64,000 bases of DNA from an uncultured Pseudomonadales bacterium (lineage in GTDB: Bacteria; Patescibacteriota; Microgenomatia; UBA1400; PJMF01), in assembly GCA_964437755.1 (NCBI GenBank), contig CAYTIA010000001.1, positions 45,658-109,657 of the forward strand, read 5' to 3'. Below, piece by piece: positions 57,844 through 64,000 of this stretch. The first letter of the stretch is position 1. Each line of letters begins with the position of its first letter. The notes beneath the pieces are model-generated. The model did not search any database. It was not told where the DNA came from and was given only the letters and a program-made list of their open reading frames with translations. The position numbers were made by a program, and so were the translations under genes.

Positions 57844-59547
57844 TTAGTGAATTTCAGATCTTCTATCTCTTAAAAAAGCACGCCAATCTTCAATTAATCC
57901 AACTAACAAAGAAAACGGAGAGTCGATAAGTGCGGAGAAAAAAACACTCACAATGTTATATTCCTTCCATTTTTGGGAGAGCCATTGGCCGAATTTAGCC
58001 AGCGGTAAATAAAAGAAATCAAGAACCATAGTTAAAAAACCTCCTCCTTCTTGAATTGTCAGTTCCTGCGCTTTATGCCTGACCACCATAGCTGCAAAAA
58101 CCACCATTGCCACGTTCATAGTGTCCACATAAATTGAAGTCCAGGGAACACCGGCTATCTTAAAGATCATATAGATAGAATAAGCCCCTACTAAGCCTCC
58201 AATAATACTAAAGATGCTAAAGACTGAGTTTATTAACCAATGTTTTTTTGTCTCAAGATTAATTTCATACACTTCATTTGAAGAAGATTTATGCAAAATC
58301 TTTTGGACCTCTTCTTTTACTCTCAAAAGATTTTTCTTTTCAGGAGGCTTAATTGTGATTACTAATAAAAACATCAGTGCAGAAGGAACCGCTAAATCAA
58401 TAAACAAAGCAAACCAACTAAAACCTTCTCCAATTAACTCCGCGACTGGACCCTCAAAAACAAAAAAGCTAACTATACCTGCCACAAAAATCGACAGAGT
58501 TGAATATATCGCCGAACGATAAAGTCTCTGTTTCAAAGTACTTAAACGACGACTGTAAACAGTTTCAATTAACTCATGTAGCTGAGATTTATCGGATAAT
58601 TTTTCCTTAATTGTGTCTGGATCATTCTCAACTTCCTTAAGTACATCTCCCAAAATTAAAAAGGCTGCATCGTAACGATCACATAGCTTGAAGAACTCTT
58701 TACCGTATGGATGTTCTAAATCCAACTCAAGTCTATCCTTAATTTGTTCGATATTATGAGCAAATTCATCAATAAACTGCGAATCATCTTCAAACCATCT
58801 TGGATAATAATACTTAATCAAGTTATAGATAATTAAGGGTGAATCTAAAGAATAAAGAGATCTATGAACAGCGATATAGGTTTGAACCAGGATTTCTTCT
58901 TCAGACATCTTGCCAGTTGGCAAAACCTTTAATCTCTGAAAAAGAGTGGTAGTCATAAAGTTCATCAAAGCATTTTCTTTGAAAGCTGGTTCCAGAATTT
59001 CCTCTATTTCACAAGCTGCAACTTCTAAAATCCAGTTAAAAAAGTTTACTCTCTCTTTAATTTTAAGACTATTATTTTTCTGAGAGATCGGGGAGTTATC
59101 TAAGATGTAAATGTACTTCGCCAAACTTTTTTTAGCCAAGGGAATTTTGTTTTTGGATACTTTTCCAGGCTCAAAATAACCACTTCTCATCATTTCAAGT
59201 ACAAGAGGTTCAGTTAATTTTTGAGCATCCAAAGAACTTTGACCAATTCCCGATAGTTCTGAAAGTAGGGTTCTTTTTAAAATTCTTTCTATAGCTGTTC
59301 GACGAATGATATTTTCTTCTTTCCAGTCAATAATTCTTCTTACTTTTTCATAAAGTTTGGCAATCTTTGAGGCTAACTCATCTACCTCAAGAGGAGACAC
59401 CGCTGGTGTTTGTTCATAATTAAACCCTTCAATATGTCCATCAACATACTTAATTGCATCTTCTGAAAGTTGATGAATTGTGGTTTTCTTATTAACTGAA
59501 TCCTCAACTTCAGTTTGAGCGATTAGTGCTGTATCATTTTGTGACAT
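57844..59547 (-). CDS. Conserved hypothetical membrane protein (large cytoplasmic N-terminal domain, about 4 TM)
   Basis: YEK.R..I.W.EE..IRR.AIERIL.R motif; C-terminal TM bundle. Confidence 0.75.
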   Translation of the reverse strand: MSQNDTALIAQTEVEDSVNKKTTIHQLSEDAIKYVDGHIEGFNYEQTPAVSPLEVDELASKIAKLYEKVRRIIDWKEENIIRRTAIERILKRTLLSELSGIGQSSLDAQKLTEPLVLEMMRSGYFEPGKVSKNKIPLAKKSLAKYIYILDNSPISQKNNSLKIKERVNFFNWILEVAACEIEEILEPAFKENALMNFMTTTLFQRLKVLPTGKMSEEEILVQTYIAVHRSLYSLDSPLIIYNLIKYYYPRWFEDDSQFIDEFAHNIEQIKDRLELDLEHPYGKEFFKLCDRYDAAFLILGDVLKEVENDPDTIKEKLSDKSQLHELIETVYSRRLSTLKQRLYRSAIYSTLSIFVAGIVSFFVFEGPVAELIGEGFSWFALFIDLAVPSALMFLLVITIKPPEKKNLLRVKEEVQKILHKSSSNEVYEINLETKKHWLINSVFSIFSIIGGLVGAYSIYMIFKIAGVPWTSIYVDTMNVAMVVFAAMVVRHKAQELTIQEGGGFLTMVLDFFYLPLAKFGQWLSQKWKEYNIVSVFFSALIDSPFSLLVGLIEDWRAFLRDRRSEIH

Positions 59548-59601
59548 AATATATAGATCATTGTAACATTAGAGTGCGGTGGTGTAGACAAGCAATTGAG
59601 T

Positions 59602-60669
59602 TTAATATTTTGGCAAAAAGATTTTTGAGTTTTCTTTGGTAATAATAACTTTTTCAAAACCTCTTCCAACGATAATTCTGGCTGCTTTTCTTACTGCTCC
59701 CTCCAGAGTTCTTTGTAAAGTACGAATACCTGCATCAAAACCTAGAGGTCTAACCATAGTTGGCCACACATCTTCATTAACTATCAGTTGTCCAGGTTTT
59801 AACCCAGCCTTTTTTAATAAACTTGGAAAAATATACTCTTTACCTATAACCATTTTTTCATGATCAGTATAAGAAGGCATTGTTATCTTTTCTAACCTAT
59901 CCATAACTGCTGTAAGAATCTTACCCGTATTATTGGCGGTTGCTAAAAAGATTGCTTTACTTAAATCAACTGGATAATCAATATAATTATCAACAAAAGA
60001 ATTGTTTTGAGCTGGATCTAATAACTCTACTAAAACACCCATAATCTCTTGATTGGCCTCATCAGAAGCACGATCAATCTCATCAAGTAATATTATTGGA
60101 TTTCTAACACCAGAGTCACACAAGCCCTTTACAACTTTCCCTGGTTCACTGCCCAACAACAATCTTGAGTTGCCCCTTAACTCTTTAGCTGAGCCCATGC
60201 CACCAAAAGGAATTCTTACTAATTTTCTTTCTAATGCCTCTGCTAAAGCATATGCAAAAGTTGTTTTACCGGTACCCACTAATCCCACTAATAACAAAAT
60301 TGGAGCTCTAAAACCTTCATCCTGAAAATTTCTTTCTCTTAAAGCAATCACAGAAATATACTCTAAAAAACGATCCTTTATTTGTTGCATTCCGTAATGA
60401 TGCTTGTTAAAAATCTCCTTGGCCACCTCTATATCTAAACGATCTTTGGTTTCATTTTCCCAAGGAATCTTTAAAACCCACTCAATATACTTACTCACCA
60501 TTTCATGTTTGGTATCATAGCTACCAAGCTCAATGCTTCTTTCAAGAGCCACGATATCACGCTGAGCTTTATAGCGAAGCTCCTCAGGCATTTTAGCTTG
60601 CTGAACTTTTTGCTTTAAATCAAAGATCTCCTTTTGGAGAATATTTTGAAAATCTGTTTTTTGAGTCAT
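59602..60669 (-). CDS. Lon-type AAA+ ATPase without N-terminal or protease domains
   Basis: IPW, HYGM..IKDR, GLVGTGKT, NPIILLDEID, LLDPAQN..FVDNY, ATAN, DRLE; ends right after the AAA lid. Confidence 0.85.
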   Translation of the reverse strand: MTQKTDFQNILQKEIFDLKQKVQQAKMPEELRYKAQRDIVALERSIELGSYDTKHEMVSKYIEWVLKIPWENETKDRLDIEVAKEIFNKHHYGMQQIKDRFLEYISVIALRERNFQDEGFRAPILLLVGLVGTGKTTFAYALAEALERKLVRIPFGGMGSAKELRGNSRLLLGSEPGKVVKGLCDSGVRNPIILLDEIDRASDEANQEIMGVLVELLDPAQNNSFVDNYIDYPVDLSKAIFLATANNTGKILTAVMDRLEKITMPSYTDHEKMVIGKEYIFPSLLKKAGLKPGQLIVNEDVWPTMVRPLGFDAGIRTLQRTLEGAVRKAARIIVGRGFEKVIITKENSKIFLPKY

Positions 60670-60687
60670 AAAATGAAATAAAAGCAG

Positions 60688-61620
60688 TTAAATCTTTTCT
60701 AGAATCTTTTCTTTTGATAATAAACCAGTTTTTGCACCATAATTTCCAACAACGCTGGCAGCATTTTTAGCACCCATGATTGTTGCTTCTTGAGGACTTT
60801 TGCCCCAGTGTAAACCAGCTACAAAACCTACGGCAAATGAATCACCCGCTCCGGTTGAATCAAGTACGCCAGAACTTAAAGCAGGAAAGTGCAATAAATA
60901 CTCACCATGATAATAAACATCACCGCCCCTTTTTCCAGCAGTAACCACCACGTAAGGAAACGTCCTTAAAATTTGATTCTGAACATCAATAACCATCTGC
61001 CATTCTTCGTCATTAACTATAAAAGTCTCGCAGGGGATATCGTTGATCATTAGTCTTTGATCAGCAAGCATTAGTAACTCAGCTTTGCCGGGATTCCATG
61101 ACAGTTTAGTTGATCGAGAACGCTTAATTGATAGAAAGATCTTTTCTATAGTTTGCTGATTTCCTCCAATACTGCTCAAGTGGACTAGTTGAGCTTGCGC
61201 CAGCCAATAGGCTGAAATATCGTAGGGATCAAGCATTGCAGAAGCTCCTCGATGAACTAAGACTGATCTTTCTCCATTCTCGCAGGTTAAAATCACCGAT
61301 CCTCCTGTTTTTTCTAACTTTTCACAAATAACTAAACTTGTGTCGACTCCATTATCTCGAAGATCTTTTAGTACTAAATACGAAAAGTTGTCACGACCGG
61401 TTTCGCAAATCACCGATGTTTTAAAACCCAATCTTGAAAAACCAACTGCTGTATTACCACCACCTCCGCCAGTATAAACGTTAAAATCCTCTACATCAGT
61501 TTTACTACCATGGAGTTGACAAAGGTGAACTCCCTTGGGTGTGTCCATTAACTCAAACTTATCTGTATGAACAAAAATATCAACCAAAGCAGAACCAATA
61601 GTAATTACTTGGTATGGCAT
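60688..61620 (-). CDS. PfkB family carbohydrate kinase
   Basis: GGGGGNTAVG.SRLG, DSTGAGDSF; start moved to ATG 61620. Confidence 0.92.
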   Translation of the reverse strand: MPYQVITIGSALVDIFVHTDKFELMDTPKGVHLCQLHGSKTDVEDFNVYTGGGGGNTAVGFSRLGFKTSVICETGRDNFSYLVLKDLRDNGVDTSLVICEKLEKTGGSVILTCENGERSVLVHRGASAMLDPYDISAYWLAQAQLVHLSSIGGNQQTIEKIFLSIKRSRSTKLSWNPGKAELLMLADQRLMINDIPCETFIVNDEEWQMVIDVQNQILRTFPYVVVTAGKRGGDVYYHGEYLLHFPALSSGVLDSTGAGDSFAVGFVAGLHWGKSPQEATIMGAKNAASVVGNYGAKTGLLSKEKILEKI

Positions 61621-61710
61621 GGTTATATTAAAGCATGAAACAGATTGTGACTGTACTATCACTTAAAATATATAAGAGTATCATTACCGATGATTACTAG
61701 ACTATAGCTC

Positions 61711-62316
61711 TTAAGCTCTCGAAGATATCTCAAGCTCACACTCTTTAATTGCTTTTAATAGCTCTTGTTTATTCTCAACAATTTTATAGATAGTTTTTTC
61801 CTTCTCTCCAATGAAAAAGTTTTCATTAATCACCTTCATCACATCATGCCAAAACTCTCCATACAAAATTATTGGCTTATGATTTCCATAATATAAATGT
61901 GAGAGAAGCCAAGCGGTTGACCACTCACTTAAGGTGCCAGTGCCTCCTCTAAAACAGATAAATAAATCAGCGTAGTAGATTAAACTAAACATTCTCTCGA
62001 TGTAATTTGCAGTTTGATACTCAATATCTACCTCATTGTTTGCATCTCGACCCTCAAACTCAGGCATATCTGCAGGATAAAATGTAACTCCAACACTCGT
62101 GCCTTCAACCGATTCCGCACCCTTAGTCGCCGCCTGCATTACTCCTGGGCCTCCGCCATTCACAACCTCCATTCCTAACTTTGCTACATCTTGGGCAATT
62201 TCATAAACCTCGCGATAGAGTTCACTCTCAACATCAATATCTGCACTGCCAAAAAAAGCAATTTTATGAATCTCCTTGGCAACAAATCTTTCAGGAATTT
62301 TTATATTAGTCTTCAT
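61711..62316 (-). CDS. LOG family nucleotide phosphoribohydrolase
   Basis: FFGSA, GGGPGVM.A, GGTGTLSE, KPIILY. Confidence 0.88.
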   Translation of the reverse strand: MKTNIKIPERFVAKEIHKIAFFGSADIDVESELYREVYEIAQDVAKLGMEVVNGGGPGVMQAATKGAESVEGTSVGVTFYPADMPEFEGRDANNEVDIEYQTANYIERMFSLIYYADLFICFRGGTGTLSEWSTAWLLSHLYYGNHKPIILYGEFWHDVMKVINENFFIGEKEKTIYKIVENKQELLKAIKECELEISSRA

Positions 62317-62347
62317 GAAAAAACCTTTCTCTTTCTAGTATTGATAT

Positions 62348-63004
62348 TTATCTATTCACAGCTTCTACAACAAATTCAGGCTTATCATTGTTCCACAACC
62401 AACTGCCAACTGCAACACCATCTACGTTTAATTTTTTAAGTTTATCAAGATGAACTTCTTTTATACCGCCATCAATTATTATCTCAAAGTTAACATTCTC
62501 TGCTTTTCGAATACCGTTAAGTTCAACTATTTTTTCAACAACACGATCATTAAAAATTTGACCCTGGAAACCAGCCTCAATCGACATTAACTGAATCACA
62601 TCCAATCGTGAGAATAAAGATTCTTGAACTTCAGAAATTGGAGTAAATATATCGATTGATAAACCTGCCAACATTTCGTTCTCTTTCGTTAACTCAATAA
62701 ACTCCTTCTGCGAACTCATGCGTTCTATTTGTCCTAGCACAGCCCTAACTGGAAGATGTTTTTTATATTGGATAATTTCGTTTAAATAATCTAAAGGCTC
62801 TTCTACCATTAATTGAAAGTCTATCTTTAACTCCCCAAAATCAAGAGTGATTAGATCGATTGGCGTAATTGTGAGATTGTCAGCAAAAATACCATCAATA
62901 ACATCAATTTGTACTGTTCCAACATCTATTAAAGATTTTACTAGCAAAAGTTGTTGTTCAACCTCCTCAATAGAATCAGTTAGTATGGCTGGATATAGTT
63001 TCAT
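62348..63004 (-). CDS. rpe: Ribulose-phosphate 3-epimerase family (degenerate metal site)
   Basis: D..DG.F, LMV..P, MS..GF.GQ, DGGI, VGS; next to rpiB. Confidence 0.8.
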   Translation of the reverse strand: MKLYPAILTDSIEEVEQQLLLVKSLIDVGTVQIDVIDGIFADNLTITPIDLITLDFGELKIDFQLMVEEPLDYLNEIIQYKKHLPVRAVLGQIERMSSQKEFIELTKENEMLAGLSIDIFTPISEVQESLFSRLDVIQLMSIEAGFQGQIFNDRVVEKIVELNGIRKAENVNFEIIIDGGIKEVHLDKLKKLNVDGVAVGSWLWNNDKPEFVVEAVNR

Positions 63005-63015
63005 ATTTTAAAAGA

Positions 63016-63477
63016 TTATTTTTCTAATTGAGAAATTTGCTGGATTCTTCTTAAATGTCTCTCATCTTGTGACGGAAGAGTATTAAAAAATTTGCTGATA
63101 ATATTCTTAGCATTTGAGAAATTTTGCCAATCTGCACCGATAGTAATTACATTTGCATGATTATGCTCTCTGGCGTGTTTAGCAGATTTTTCGTCAAACA
63201 ACTCAACAGCTCTGATGCCATCAATTTTGTTAGCCGCTACAGTCATTCCACCACCCGAACGACATAACAGTATGCCGAAAGAATCGGTGTGTTGAGAAAC
63301 AGCCTTGGCAACGGCTACCGCATACTGCGGATAATCATCCTGTGGATCAAAGGTAGTTGCTCCCATGTCCTTTACCAGATAACCTTCTTCAATCAACCAT
63401 TTTGTAAGAGCTTCTTTTAACTCAAAACCTCCGTGATCTGCTCCTAAATAGATTATTTCTGATATTTTTTTTATCAT
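63016..63477 (-). CDS. rpiB: Ribose-5-phosphate isomerase B
   Basis: GADHGG, DYP, CRSG.G, ANK..GIRA, REHN.AN, RH.RR. Confidence 0.94.
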   Translation of the reverse strand: MIKKISEIIYLGADHGGFELKEALTKWLIEEGYLVKDMGATTFDPQDDYPQYAVAVAKAVSQHTDSFGILLCRSGGGMTVAANKIDGIRAVELFDEKSAKHAREHNHANVITIGADWQNFSNAKNIISKFFNTLPSQDERHLRRIQQISQLEK

Positions 63478-63535
63478 TTTATTATTACTTGCAACTTAAC
63501 TGTCGATTCAATTTATGATCTATAGCTCATTATAC

Positions 63536-63563
63536 AAAAAGCCCGCGCATTTAGCGCGGGCTT
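63536..63563 (-). terminator. Intrinsic terminator
   Basis: AAGCCCGCGC-N5-GCGCGGGCTT followed by a T run on the minus strand. Confidence 0.85.
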
Positions 63564-63586
63564 GATTTAAACTTCAAAAAAGTCAC

Positions 63587-63790
63587 TTATTTTGACTTCT
63601 TAAGTACTGGCATACCTGTTCTCTTGGTTTCCATAACCTCATAACCAGCAGGTACAGCCTCAATAGCACCATCTCGAACATCACGTGCAAAAAAGTAAAT
63701 TGTTTGCACACGACCATTCTTTAGGGTAACATCTCTTTTGTGGAGATGGTAGGTCTGCCCTTTTGAGTTTGTGTAGCTAAAAGCACTCAT
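63587..63790 (-). CDS. Small basic conserved hypothetical protein (67 aa)
   Basis: Strong AAGGAG RBS, own terminator; NSKGQTY.LH, TIYFF, P.GYEV, TG.P.LKK. Confidence 0.85.
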   Translation of the reverse strand: MSAFSYTNSKGQTYHLHKRDVTLKNGRVQTIYFFARDVRDGAIEAVPAGYEVMETKRTGMPVLKKSK

Positions 63791-63934
63791 ATATGCTCCT
63801 TTTCTTCCCTCAATGAGGGTAATTTGTATTTTTACCGACTTATTTTAATTTTTCAACCTGTTAGGCGGTAATATCTATAAGATAACAGATCCAGACGTAC
63901 TCCTCAAGTAGTAGTTCTTACTTATTGCAACAAG

Positions 63935-64000
63935 TTACTCTTGTGTTTCTTCTTGAGCAACCTCTATTACTCCTTTGAGTAATTGTGTTCCCATTTGATT
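63935..64000 (-). CDS. C-terminal fragment of a gene extending beyond the window
   Basis: Open frame NQMGTQLLKGVIEVAQEETQE-stop reaching the window edge. Confidence 0.4.
   Translation of the reverse strand, partial: NQMGTQLLKGVIEVAQEETQE

Noticed and set aside
4229-62439. Numerous 60-112 aa ORFs overlapping known genes (e.g. 4229, 6603, 14638, 22198, 30607, 37925, 54073, 58214, 62191)
   Set aside because: They lie antisense or out of frame within well-supported conserved genes and show no motifs.
63966-63983. Hairpin ATTACTC-CTTT-GAGTAAT resembling the shared motif
   Set aside because: It lies inside a probable coding frame at the window edge; likely chance.
1-64000. CRISPR array, rRNA, prophage, transposase or integrase
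   Set aside because: No regularly spaced repeats, rRNA-like sequence or such ORFs seen; the baseplate-J-like region has no phage neighbours.
1-64000. Alternative genetic code (UGA = Gly, as in Gracilibacteria/Absconditabacteria)
   Set aside because: Long conserved genes are intact under code 11, and TGA ends genes at expected positions (folD, rplN, rplX).

Overview
AT-rich bacterial chromosomal window, with most genes on the minus strand and the standard genetic code (TGA is used as stop). The missing uL30 gene in the spc operon, truncated AlaRS and Lon-like proteins, and the general gene set point to a Patescibacteria/CPR genome, probably Microgenomates (inference). Main contents: (1) a folate one-carbon cluster (glyA-fhs-folD plus divergent 5-formyl-THF cyclo-ligase) next to a 2-oxoacid:ferredoxin oxidoreductase; (2) a ~28 kb rpoB-rpoC-str-S10-spc-alpha-rplM-rpsI supercluster, including rpmJ, which the ORF track missed; (3) an envelope cluster (731-aa membrane protein, sortase, ruvX, mltG); (4) alaS, tRNA-Val(CAC), comF, tmRNA, ftsK, rnj, a protease-less Lon-type ATPase, and pentose-phosphate genes. 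The most striking signal is the 555-nt tmRNA. It carries a 145-bp MITE-like insertion (24-bp terminal inverted repeats, TAA direct repeats) whose precise removal restores a perfect pseudoknot-4 helix. The tmRNA also has a 31-codon tag and a non-canonical T-loop, and it faces an orphan EndoU/BECR-like RNase candidate. Other leads are a uORF-plus-terminator leader in front of glyA, a Y-shaped hairpin element behind tRNA-Val, a divergent EF-Tu switch I, and rifampicin-pocket substitutions in RpoB. All family assignments come from motif recognition by eye; no searches were run.
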